64,000 nt of DNA from an uncultured Candidatus Saccharibacteria bacterium. GTDB taxonomy: Bacteria > Patescibacteriota > Minisyncoccia > Portnoybacterales > UBA2143. Below the pieces are notes generated by a model. The model did no database searches. It was not told the origin of the DNA and worked only from the letters and a program-made list of their open reading frames with translations. The stretch covers positions 14,374-78,373 of the forward strand of contig CAYOHI010000003.1 in the NCBI GenBank assembly GCA_964403725.1. Direction: 5' to 3'. The first letter of the stretch is position 1. Every line of letters starts with the position of its first letter. This document shows, in pieces, positions 9,847 through 18,884 of this stretch. Position numbers and translations under genes: made by a program.

Positions 9847-11056
9847 AGGTTTTAATGAGTTTATTGTAATGCTTTTCTGGATTGTATTTCTCTAGAGATT
9901 CTTCTCTGGCTGTTTCTTTCATTTTCTTAATCTCTTTTGGATTATCAATAGCCCAATTTAATTTTTCAGCTAAATCATCTGAATCATTTAGCTTGAATAG
10001 CAGTCCTGTTTCTTTGTCTTTTATCATTTCTGTCATGCCGCCTATCTTAGAGGCTAGGACCGGTGTTTTTAAAGTTAGGCTTTCTAGGATTGAATATGGC
10101 AAATTTTCCGGCCAGACTGAAGGCATAACTGAAATATATGCATTATATATTAATTCTCTTAATTCTTTTCCTTTTTTCTTGCCTAAGAATTTAATTTGAT
10201 CACAATTTCTAGTTAATTCCTTTAATCTTTTCTCCTCTGGTCCATCTCCTACTATTTTCAAATCCATTTTAATGTCATTCTTTAAGTAAGTATTGATTAA
10301 TAGGTCTATTCCTTTCTCACTGCTTAGACGGCCGAAGTGCAGCATATATTTCAAATTGCTTTTTTCTAATTCTTTAGTATCTGAGAATTCCTCATTGACG
10401 AAATTTGGCAGATGGACAACCTTGTTTGCCGGAATTCCTGACTGGACAGCTTTTCTTTTGATGAAAAGGCTCGGGGCGATAAAGATGTCTATCTTATCAG
10501 CTGTTTTCAAGAAGTTCTTTTGCCAGACTCCTTCTAGATATCCTATTAGGCTTTTGGATTTTGAATTATCGATGCATTTCCTTTTCAAGCAAGATCTGAA
10601 ATTATTGTTTTTCAAGCATTTAAAGCAAATCTCGTTTTCAGAAAAGAATTTGTAATTAGGACACATTATCTTGTAATCATGCAATGTCATGACTACAGGA
10701 ATATTGTGCTTTTTCAGAGTAGAGATTATGGAAGGTGAAAAATGGCTGAAAATATTGTGCAGATGAGCGATATCAGGATTTTCCTTTTTGATCAGCTTTT
10801 CTAATTTTTTCTTAGCTTCCCTATTCCAGAATATTCTAATGACTTTCTTTAAATCTTTTTTAAATCCTTCTTTTCTTGAAAAATCACTGTACTCTGCAAA
10901 CAAATCTTCATTATTATATGGAAAATTCTTCATATTCTCAGTACTCCAAGCAATGACTTGGTGTTTCTTTTGGGATAAGAGTTCAGATAAATCGAAAAAA
11001 TACCTCTCGGATCCTCCTTTTAGAAAGAAAAATTTATTAATCTGGAGAATTTTCAT
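9824..11056 (-). CDS. Glycosyltransferase family 4
   Basis: NKFFFLKGGSERY, TLHDYK.CP, GRLSSEKG, PSVWPENLPYSILE. Confidence 0.92.
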   Translation of the reverse strand: MKILQINKFFFLKGGSERYFFDLSELLSQKKHQVIAWSTENMKNFPYNNEDLFAEYSDFSRKEGFKKDLKKVIRIFWNREAKKKLEKLIKKENPDIAHLHNIFSHFSPSIISTLKKHNIPVVMTLHDYKIMCPNYKFFSENEICFKCLKNNNFRSCLKRKCIDNSKSKSLIGYLEGVWQKNFLKTADKIDIFIAPSLFIKRKAVQSGIPANKVVHLPNFVNEEFSDTKELEKSNLKYMLHFGRLSSEKGIDLLINTYLKNDIKMDLKIVGDGPEEKRLKELTRNCDQIKFLGKKKGKELRELIYNAYISVMPSVWPENLPYSILESLTLKTPVLASKIGGMTEMIKDKETGLLFKLNDSDDLAEKLNWAIDNPKEIKKMKETAREESLEKYNPEKHYNKLIKTYERIKNN

Positions 11057-11058
11057 CT

Positions 11059-12138
11059 TTAGAAAAATGGATAAAAGAAACTATATTTCTTCTTTCTGAT
11101 GTTCTTCTTAATCCTGTTCTTAAACTTCTTGCCTTTGGTATAGAGACAGAACTTTTCCTTCAGTATCCATCTGATTACTTTTACAGCATGCTTTTTCATT
11201 GACTGGCGGGCCGTACAGATCATCCAGCTTGATGGATTCTTGGCATTTTGAATGATATCTCTAGTTCTCTCTGAGAAATCATTCCAGTTTCTGACGCTGT
11301 CTAAGTTACCGATTCCTAGGCTCCAGATATCTGAAGGATAAATCTTGCCCAATGGATCAATGAATATGGAACTTAGTCCAGAATAGTCCGGCAAGACTCT
11401 CTTGCCGGTTTGGATGAACTTGATCATACCCCAGGTAAAGTATGCTCTGAGCCATCTTTTTGGAGAATAGGTGCTTAATTCCTGTTCCATCAGCCACTTT
11501 AATTCATTGGTCATTTTCCTAATATTAGTGATAATATTGCTTTCTTTTTGGAAATAGTGGGATGAATTATGGTATACTGCTAGTGTGAACTCAACTCCTA
11601 ATTCTCTGCTTAAACGATAGATTCTTTTCAACTGATTAAAGTTCTTATCACCCATAGTAAAGGCAATCTTAATATCTTTGATTCCCAATTCTTTTAGTAA
11701 TTTGATAGTTTCTACAGCTAGACAGAAGCCACCTGGGAATCCTCTTAGTCTTTCATGAACTTTGCCAAAACCATCCAAGGAAATAGCTACGCCAATATTT
11801 TTTCTAAATTTGGCAACTCTGGTCATGGTTTGCTTGATTTTACTTGGTAAGAATCCATTGGTTGAGATGATAATTTTAGCCTTAGGACACTGACGGCTAA
11901 TGACTTTAATGATATCAACCAGATCATCTCTCATAAATGGCTCTCCGCCGCTTATGTTGACGTTTTTTAAATTATGTGGTAATTTTTTATAAGTCGTGGG
12001 TGAAATTGAGTTTTCTTCCTTGTTCTGCCAGATATTGCAGAATTGACAACGGCTGTTACATCTGTATGTCACAGCCAAAACGACATCTTCAATGAGATTT
12101 TTGGCTTTGTTATTAGTTTTAGATAAAAAGTTAAACAT
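11059..12138 (-). CDS. Radical SAM protein associated with a glycan cluster
   Basis: CNSRCQFC (CxxxCxxC), SGGEP, ISLDG; probable start ATG 12138. Confidence 0.88.
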   Translation of the reverse strand: MFNFLSKTNNKAKNLIEDVVLAVTYRCNSRCQFCNIWQNKEENSISPTTYKKLPHNLKNVNISGGEPFMRDDLVDIIKVISRQCPKAKIIISTNGFLPSKIKQTMTRVAKFRKNIGVAISLDGFGKVHERLRGFPGGFCLAVETIKLLKELGIKDIKIAFTMGDKNFNQLKRIYRLSRELGVEFTLAVYHNSSHYFQKESNIITNIRKMTNELKWLMEQELSTYSPKRWLRAYFTWGMIKFIQTGKRVLPDYSGLSSIFIDPLGKIYPSDIWSLGIGNLDSVRNWNDFSERTRDIIQNAKNPSSWMICTARQSMKKHAVKVIRWILKEKFCLYTKGKKFKNRIKKNIRKKKYSFFYPFF

Positions 12139-12167
12139 ATATTTATATCGATACTTTACCAAATATT

Positions 12168-13370
12168 ATGAAAAAAGTCAATACAAAAAGCGCTTTAAAT
12201 TTCTTGTTAATTCTAGTCCTGATTAGGCCTTCTTTGGATATTTTAAATAGATATGAGATTATTCCTTTTTTCAATTTTAGTACTTTGATTGGCGGATTAG
12301 TTTTCCTTATTGCTGCTTTCCTTTTGTTAAGAAATATTAAGAAAACTTATACTATTCCCCTATTCTATCCTATTCTAATATTCTTAATATTAGGATTTGT
12401 CAGTATTTTTTATTCAGTTAGCTATTCAGACAGCGTCAGGGAACTTATTAGGTTAACTAGTATTTTTGTATTGTATTTCTTGGCTTATAGGCTGGTTGAA
12501 AGCAAAGAAGATTTCTATCTATTATTAAAAGCTATTCTTTTCAGCTATATCATTCCTGCTTTAGTGGCTCTTATTCAATTGATTGGGGGCTGGGGCCTGC
12601 CTGATGACTTTGGCGGTTTTTTAAGGATTTATGGAACATTTGCCCATCCTAATCTTTTCGCCTTCTATACGTTCTTTGTCTTGGCCCTGACTCTTTCCTT
12701 ATTACTAGCCAAAAAGGAAGAAGTCAGATCATGGATTAGTAAGAATCCATATTTCTTGCCTGTTATTGGCATTACTTTGCTATTAGTCTTTACCTATACT
12801 AGAAGTGCTTTAGCATGCTTCTTTATCTTTATCCTCTTCTTTGGAATCTTTAAATACAGAAAACTGTTAATTTTTGGTTCTGTTTTCTTGATTCTATTGT
12901 ATTTTTCTTCTGAAATCTTTAGAGAAAGATTATTGGAATTATTCAGCCTGGATCCATATGGCTCAATTGTCTGGCGTTTTAGGCTTTGGAAAGACATGTT
13001 GCCAATGTTTTTATGGCAACCCTTATTCGGTCATGGACTAGGGACTTTCACTTATCTGGTTGAGTTTTACAGAGGATTCCAGTTTGGAAGCTTGGATCCG
13101 CATAATGACTATTTGAAAATATTGGTTGAAAACGGGATTGCCGGATTAATTTCATTCTTATCCATAGTTACTGGATTGTTGTTTTATCTCTGGAAAATAT
13201 TCAAAAAATCTTTAAACAAGGAAAAAATCCTTGGCTTGGGATTCTTAGTTATTGTCTTGAGCCTACTGATCGCTGGCAGCTTTGATAATATCTTAAGGAC
13301 CACTGCTCTGCAATGGAATCTATGGATTCTCTTAGGAGGTTGGCTGAAGATTAATAAATTTGGGAATTAA
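12168..13370 (+). CDS. O-antigen ligase/polymerase (Wzy_C) family membrane protein
   Basis: RIYGTFAHPNLFA, TYTRSA, PLFGHGLGTF, PHNDYL; many TM helices. Confidence 0.9.
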   Translation: MKKVNTKSALNFLLILVLIRPSLDILNRYEIIPFFNFSTLIGGLVFLIAAFLLLRNIKKTYTIPLFYPILIFLILGFVSIFYSVSYSDSVRELIRLTSIFVLYFLAYRLVESKEDFYLLLKAILFSYIIPALVALIQLIGGWGLPDDFGGFLRIYGTFAHPNLFAFYTFFVLALTLSLLLAKKEEVRSWISKNPYFLPVIGITLLLVFTYTRSALACFFIFILFFGIFKYRKLLIFGSVFLILLYFSSEIFRERLLELFSLDPYGSIVWRFRLWKDMLPMFLWQPLFGHGLGTFTYLVEFYRGFQFGSLDPHNDYLKILVENGIAGLISFLSIVTGLLFYLWKIFKKSLNKEKILGLGFLVIVLSLLIAGSFDNILRTTALQWNLWILLGGWLKINKFGN

Positions 13371-13446
13371 AAAAGCCCGAACTGGTTGTGTAACATGTTG
13401 CATTGTTTGCGTGTTTACAGTTACTTGCCCAGAACGGGCTCTTTTT
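13369..13446. terminator. Long imperfect hairpin / bidirectional terminator between convergent genes
   Basis: A6-GCCCG..CTGG..GTAAC...GTTAC..CCAG..CGGGC-TC-T5. Confidence 0.6.
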
Positions 13447-13475
13447 ATATTTTAAATCCTCCTACCTCCTTTTTT

Positions 13476-14297
13476 TTATTTCTGCATATCGTAGCTTTTG
13501 GGGACCGTTCTCATCTCTCCCGTTTCGGTGTTTAACAGCCCTTCATAGGCCGGGTATCCCTCGACGTCCGGCGAGATCGGTTCGCTTTTCCGCATGTGCT
13601 TGTCCGCTTGGTTGATCCAACCAGGCTCGTCGAGAAGATTGTTGTACGTCCAGCCCCTGAACCAAATCCAGGGATTTTTCTTCTCGGGAAGTCTTACGAT
13701 GACTTCCAGTGATCCATCGGCGGTTTGCTGGCGGGTTACTCCGTTGGAGTAATTATCTCCCGTCGGAATAATGGGAATCCAGCTCTTACTATCAGTCCAG
13801 TGGATCCCGAAGAAAGACGTGAAGTTGTCCGGGTTTCCCCTGGAGATGTAATAGGGCATTTTGAACACCCCTTCTCCCCTTTGGACTTTCACGAGCTCAA
13901 ACGGCCCGGAGAAGCCTCCTGCTTCCGGCAGAACGATCCTCCCTTCATCGGGAGGAGGTTCCGATTCGAGGGCCATTGCTTCTGCTTCGGCATCGTGTTG
14001 TTCCACGCCCGCGGCGGCAAAAGAAGCATGTGCCGATGATAATGCCACACTAAACGCTTCTGAAGGAATCGCTCCTGCTGCCGCTGCTGCTTGAGCAGAT
14101 GAAAAAGCCGCTTCCATGGCTGCTTCTTTTTGAGCTTCTGTGGGATCCACAAAACTTTCCAAAGCACTCAAGTAACCGCTATTGGCAGCCGTCTGAATTT
14201 GCTCCGGACCCATTTCATCTTTTGTTTCCAACATCGCACACCCGCTCAGGAAAAATAGAGCGAGAACCCCTGCCAGTGAAAATCTTAACCATTTCAT
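13476..14297 (-). CDS. Hypothetical lipoprotein with Ala-rich N-terminal linker
   Basis: SD GGAGG, ATG 14297; MKWLRFSLAGVLALFFLSG-C lipobox. Confidence 0.65.
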   Translation of the reverse strand: MKWLRFSLAGVLALFFLSGCAMLETKDEMGPEQIQTAANSGYLSALESFVDPTEAQKEAAMEAAFSSAQAAAAAGAIPSEAFSVALSSAHASFAAAGVEQHDAEAEAMALESEPPPDEGRIVLPEAGGFSGPFELVKVQRGEGVFKMPYYISRGNPDNFTSFFGIHWTDSKSWIPIIPTGDNYSNGVTRQQTADGSLEVIVRLPEKKNPWIWFRGWTYNNLLDEPGWINQADKHMRKSEPISPDVEGYPAYEGLLNTETGEMRTVPKSYDMQK

Positions 14298-14412
14298 CTT
14301 TCTATACCTCCACTTGTTGTAGTTACTAGTTAAAAGATATATATTTCTCAACAGAAACTATGTTTCCGGTAGAATCTCATATGACTTTGCCTATTATCCC
14401 AAACTTTTCATA

Positions 14413-14450
14413 AGCCATTTTGGCCTTTCCCGACATCTTGTCAAAGAACA
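14413..14450 (-). promoter_or_regulatory. boxA-like element plus small hairpin (copy 1)
   Basis: TGTTCTTTGACAA-N12-GGCC-AAAAT-GGCT, downstream of a TTGATA-N17-TATTAT promoter. Confidence 0.4.
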
Positions 14451-14513
14451 GTTGGTGCCCATCTTGGGACTAATAATACACATTTTGTGTAAAATTATCA
14501 ACTGAAGAAAGCA

Positions 14514-15914
14514 TTAAGGACAATCTATGCAAAAGTCTTTCTTTGTTGGCGCAGTGATTTGCGAGGACCTATATGCCTTTATCAGTCCGCTGACCGATAA
14601 ATATCCAGAGATCCAGTGCCATTGGTCTCCATCTCCGCCCAAATTCTCTTTGTAATTCAGAGGAGAGACGGATAAGATATCCTCACCGTGCCAAGCCATG
14701 GTCAAACGAGGTCCGAATTGGATAAAATCCGGAGACTCTAAACCGTTTTCGTTGATATATGCCAAATTGACGCCAGGCGTCAACAGTAGGTTATCAGAGA
14801 TCTCAAAGTCATAGATATGCTGAGTTAAAGTAATCTCTAAGACCTGGTTGTTGTGCGGGTCAGGATCCAGAGGATTGCCATCCCAACTATGTTCATGTTT
14901 CTGATTGCTGGGTAAGGTAAACTCAACATTGAGTTCGGTCTTGGAAAACCCCTTTTCGCCTTGGACACGGCGATCATAGAGATTCACATGTGCCGAGGCT
15001 ACGAGAAGATCATCAGTCTGCTTGCTTCTGTACAGATTGATCTTCCCTTTGCTGACTTGTCTTCCCCAGCCTAAGTCAATGTCCATGTCCCAGTTGTCCT
15101 TGTGGCCGATTAACTTGAGCGACGGCCCGACAACGCCTTTCCACCAGTCATACAGATAATCTTCATCGTCTCCACCGCCGGTGGCGCCGAATCCGAATAC
15201 ACCCAGACAGGCAGAAATACGGTCAGTCACGTTGAATCCGAAAGGCCGAGCACGACCCTTGATCCAAGCGTACCAACCGTCATGGTAGTAATCCTTGTTG
15301 TTCGAGTTCATCCAGCGGTCGGTCTCGTAGATTCCGCCGCCAGTATAAAGGTCCAGACCACAGCTCTTCTTTTTCTTGAGCGCAGCTCCAGTCTCTTTGT
15401 ACCTCGGTACCGGTGGTAATACCGCCGCCTTAACCTTTGCTGGCTTCGGGAACGGGTTTTTCTTGTAGCGAAATCTCGGTACCGGCGGATATTCGGCAGC
15501 CGGTTTTGACTTCTTCCTGATTGCCCAGTTACCGCAGACAAGCGGGTACCAGAGTTCATACTCGTCATCGATGTCATAAACTCTGGCCATGACAGTCTTG
15601 TCAAAACCGACAACAATCGGCTCGTCTTGCCAAATCTTGTAGTTGCCGAAAATCATCTTTTCAAAGGTATCCCCGGTTTCAATCTGTCCCCACCGGGAAT
15701 TTCTGATTCGATGATTAGCGATGATTTCTTTTGCCTTCGTTTTGTCGAGACCAAGACGAATTAACGCCTTATAGTCTCGTCTCAGCTGTTGAGGTGAATA
15801 GAACTCCGGAGATTTCCGGAAGGAATTTCTTCCAGGCTCTTGCCAAATGCGTGCCTCTGCCGCGGAAGCGACAGAGAGCAACAGGATAATTAGCATACCT
15901 ACTGCTCGTTTCAT
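14514..15914 (-). CDS. Secreted protein with probable C-terminal beta-barrel
   Basis: SD GGAGG, ATG 15914; signal peptide ending AEA; Pro/Lys linker; amphipathic aromatic beta-strand pattern over the last ~280 aa. Confidence 0.55.
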   Translation of the reverse strand: MKRAVGMLIILLLSVASAAEARIWQEPGRNSFRKSPEFYSPQQLRRDYKALIRLGLDKTKAKEIIANHRIRNSRWGQIETGDTFEKMIFGNYKIWQDEPIVVGFDKTVMARVYDIDDEYELWYPLVCGNWAIRKKSKPAAEYPPVPRFRYKKNPFPKPAKVKAAVLPPVPRYKETGAALKKKKSCGLDLYTGGGIYETDRWMNSNNKDYYHDGWYAWIKGRARPFGFNVTDRISACLGVFGFGATGGGDDEDYLYDWWKGVVGPSLKLIGHKDNWDMDIDLGWGRQVSKGKINLYRSKQTDDLLVASAHVNLYDRRVQGEKGFSKTELNVEFTLPSNQKHEHSWDGNPLDPDPHNNQVLEITLTQHIYDFEISDNLLLTPGVNLAYINENGLESPDFIQFGPRLTMAWHGEDILSVSPLNYKENLGGDGDQWHWISGYLSVSGLIKAYRSSQITAPTKKDFCIDCP

Positions 15915-15944
15915 CTGTCGCCTCCTTTGTTTTGCGATTTTCAT

Positions 15945-16814
15945 CTATATCCTTACAAGCCTTCCGGCTTCAAGTTCCGTCCTAAAGACGGCTTCATCTT
16001 TTTTCAGAACGCCACCACTAGCTTTGGCTGCATCCTTGGCCTTTTCGTACAACACCCCCTTATACAAGGAAATAAACATACTGTCATCATCATTCCTTTG
16101 AGGAGTATAACGATAGGATTGGCCTTTGATCTTGAGCGGAAATGATTCTTGTACAGGTGATTGGACGTTCGGTTGAACTGTCGGCGGCGCTTGAACTTGA
16201 ATCTGATTATGATTATTCCCTCTCAGTGACCTGAGAAGAATAATGATTACGATAACCATTATCAAGGCAAATACAGCGCCTCCGATCATGAAGTACTTCA
16301 TGATTCTGTTTTCGGTCTGGTTGATTCTGGTCAGAAGATTATCACTACCCTTTTGGACCTGCCGCCTTAAACTAGCCTCGGTATCCTTTACTGCTGCCGC
16401 AACTTCTTGCTGGCCGTTTTGGATAGCGCGACCCGTGTCCTGAATAGTTCTGGTAGTTTGATATTGGCTGCTTTGGATAACACGACTCGTATCCTGAGCA
16501 GCTTGGCGTTGGCCAGAAATGATTTGTGCAGATTTCTCTGCTAAAACATCCCTAACCTCGGGTTGGATGTAATAGACGATTTCCTTGCCTTTCGGCAGGA
16601 TTCGCCAGTTTTTATTGATCCAAGGGTTCCACTCATGAATTTCCTTGGGTGAAGCCCCACAGAGTTTTCTAATCACGAGATAGATGTCACCAAGGGTCTC
16701 CCCTTTGGCGATAATATGGATTTTTCTCTCCCCTTCAGTTTGAGCGCTGACAAAGGGGCTAAGAGTTAACGTCAAAACACACGCTATTGCCAATATGATC
16801 GATGTTGCCTTCAT
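15945..16814 (-). CDS. LysM-like domain membrane protein
   Basis: Signal peptide; HIIAKGETLGDI...IHEWNPWI...I.PKGKEI (LysM-like); Gln-rich coiled coil; TM helix. Confidence 0.65.
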   Translation of the reverse strand: MKATSIILAIACVLTLTLSPFVSAQTEGERKIHIIAKGETLGDIYLVIRKLCGASPKEIHEWNPWINKNWRILPKGKEIVYYIQPEVRDVLAEKSAQIISGQRQAAQDTSRVIQSSQYQTTRTIQDTGRAIQNGQQEVAAAVKDTEASLRRQVQKGSDNLLTRINQTENRIMKYFMIGGAVFALIMVIVIIILLRSLRGNNHNQIQVQAPPTVQPNVQSPVQESFPLKIKGQSYRYTPQRNDDDSMFISLYKGVLYEKAKDAAKASGGVLKKDEAVFRTELEAGRLVRI

Positions 16815-16876
16815 TATTCCTCCTCCCCATCTTGGGATCTTCTCATCTTGAGGACTAATCATCCATCTTGGAGTAA

Positions 16877-17908
16877 TCAGTCTTTGAAAAGAAATAATTG
16901 GAATTTAAGCTCGTTGATGAGCTCTTGTTGTTTCAAAATTCGTTCATCGCGGTTTTTCAGAAGTTTCTTGTAGATCAGCACCATTTGCCTAAACAAAGGT
17001 GCTATTCGATAACGCAAAACCTCGGCCCGAGCAAAAGAGCCCGTCCAGCTGTCATCAACCCCGGCAACGATAGCATCGCTAGCCAGACTGACACCAGCTG
17101 AAGCCAAAAGCCCAATACCACTAAGCGGTAAGGCAATCAGCGGAACCTTGGCCCGTTTGAGGTAACGATCAACTCCGTTGAATCCGGGAATTTCAACCGC
17201 TGCCTTTTTAAACATCTCCAAAGGAAGAACGCCGCATCTGATTTCTCCATTGCCCATCTTGTAGTTATGAGGCATGATTCTGGACACCTTGTCCTTGTAA
17301 TCAAGCCAATCATCAGACGGAATGGAAATTTCCAGCATGCTGGACAAGTCAGTTGGCGGTTCAAGTCCCTTGTCTTTTAAATAATCGTGCCAGAATTGAT
17401 CGATTTGACTGATCATTTGGCCGTGATTATCAAAAAGAGACTTCCGATAGTCGTGGTTTTTGTCGAATTCTTTGGGATCATACTCAATCTGTTTCCCAAG
17501 AGGCGTGTAGGCAAACCCTGCATCTCTGTTGAAATACAGAATCTTGCCGCCTTGGATGTCCTTATAGGGACCCATGAAAACAAATTGAATCTGCCAGTCT
17601 CCCCAATAGGTAACGCTTGTCAAAAAAGCATCGCCGCTGAGGATCTCGCCGTAGGTGGTTTGGACCAAAAAAGACCATACTCCGCCGGCGTTTATGACCT
17701 CTACCCAAAGTCCAGGCTCCAATAACCCCTGGAAGGTTACAAATTTCTTAATTCCAGCTTTCTCAAGCTCGACCGGATGAAGGATTGATATCCCATCAGC
17801 CGGATCAAGGCGCGTATGTCCCGATATTTCTTTTGGAATATACTTATTGGGATTACTCGCGCATCCGATTAACAATAAGACGAATATCATTGCCAGTTTT
17901 TCTTTCAT
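16877..17908 (-). CDS. Hypothetical lipoprotein with C-terminal Gly/Ala hydrophobic hairpin and coiled coil
   Basis: MKEKLAMIFVLLLIG-C lipobox; SD GAGGTG. Confidence 0.65.
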   Translation of the reverse strand: MKEKLAMIFVLLLIGCASNPNKYIPKEISGHTRLDPADGISILHPVELEKAGIKKFVTFQGLLEPGLWVEVINAGGVWSFLVQTTYGEILSGDAFLTSVTYWGDWQIQFVFMGPYKDIQGGKILYFNRDAGFAYTPLGKQIEYDPKEFDKNHDYRKSLFDNHGQMISQIDQFWHDYLKDKGLEPPTDLSSMLEISIPSDDWLDYKDKVSRIMPHNYKMGNGEIRCGVLPLEMFKKAAVEIPGFNGVDRYLKRAKVPLIALPLSGIGLLASAGVSLASDAIVAGVDDSWTGSFARAEVLRYRIAPLFRQMVLIYKKLLKNRDERILKQQELINELKFQLFLFKD

Positions 17909-17947
17909 TACTCACCTCTCTGTGTTTTTGTTTATCTTAGATTTCTA

Positions 17948-17986
17948 AGCCATTTCGGCTGTTTAGTTATTTAATTGACAAAGATC
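17948..17986 (-). promoter_or_regulatory. boxA-like element plus small hairpin (copy 2)
   Basis: GATCTTTGTCAA-N14-AGCC-GAAAT-GGCT upstream of the 17908 start. Confidence 0.4.
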
Positions 17987-18003
17987 CTCTTAAAGCCTCC
18001 CTT

Positions 18004-18708
18004 TTACATAGAAACTTCGTTTCTATCCAAAGAGGAAGCTCCCTCATTATACCTGTAATCTTCCTTCATAGGAAGACTTTCAGGACTCTTGTCCTGAATC
18101 TTATCTTTCTTTATAAAAATCCAAGCTAAACTAATCAAAAACCCGAACAAAGCACCTAATAGGGTGCCTAGCCAGATATTAATAGTAACTGGATTTTGTG
18201 TAACTAAAGGCTTATCAATTACCTTAACTTCCACATTTTGGCCGCCACCATGGTAAAAGCCATGGTTTTTCTCTAAAGTCTTGGTAATAGCCCAGCTGAT
18301 TTGCTCAGCTTTTTCCTTTTCTGAATGCAAAACATCAATTTCCATGATTCCTAAATCACGGACAATAGATACTTTAACATCCTTTTTCCATTGTTTTCGT
18401 CTTTCTTTGGATTGGTTTGGAAAATCGCCTTCTTCAATCTTGTATCCTGATTTCAAGACACTTTCAAAGAAGATGTCTGAATAAACACCTTCTTGTAGGA
18501 TTTTTGTCAGATACTGGGCTGATTTTGAAACAGTATATATATCTTGACCGGAAGTCTGGTTCTGAACGACCAGTATTTTTGAGCTAGCCTTGTATTTCGG
18601 CTCTTGAATTACAGTCAGGTCGAAAAATAAAACTGCCCCCAAGACAGTTATCCAGAAAATTAACCATTTTTTCTGGTAAATTAATTTAATTGTTTGCTTT
18701 AAATCCAT
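18004..18708 (-). CDS. Wzz/CpsC-like polysaccharide chain-length determinant
   Basis: MDLK...KKWLI N-terminal TM, PKYKASSKILV, C-terminal TM with G..LG..FG. Confidence 0.8.
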   Translation of the reverse strand: MDLKQTIKLIYQKKWLIFWITVLGAVLFFDLTVIQEPKYKASSKILVVQNQTSGQDIYTVSKSAQYLTKILQEGVYSDIFFESVLKSGYKIEEGDFPNQSKERRKQWKKDVKVSIVRDLGIMEIDVLHSEKEKAEQISWAITKTLEKNHGFYHGGGQNVEVKVIDKPLVTQNPVTINIWLGTLLGALFGFLISLAWIFIKKDKIQDKSPESLPMKEDYRYNEGASSLDRNEVSM

Positions 18709-18884
18709 TTATATAATTAAAAAGCCTGTCATTACAGGCAGCCATATACTACCAGAAATATATACTTTTTGTCAAGGGTTTTTTAAAGATGAATATACTC
18801 TGGACAAAAAATATTAAGCGTGCTATCGTAATCCCATCTTAAAAGATAATAAAGCTTCCTTAAAAATATGACATGGAGGGCATT

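Noticed and set aside
13369-13446. Possible integron attC site
   Set aside because: The ends do not fit RYYYAAC/GTTRRRY, there is no integrase, and no second copy was seen.
14300-14410. Purine- or fluoride-riboswitch-like words (ATAAT, ATATG, TTCTACC) in a long 5' UTR
   Set aside because: The required paired stems and conserved loop motifs could not be formed.
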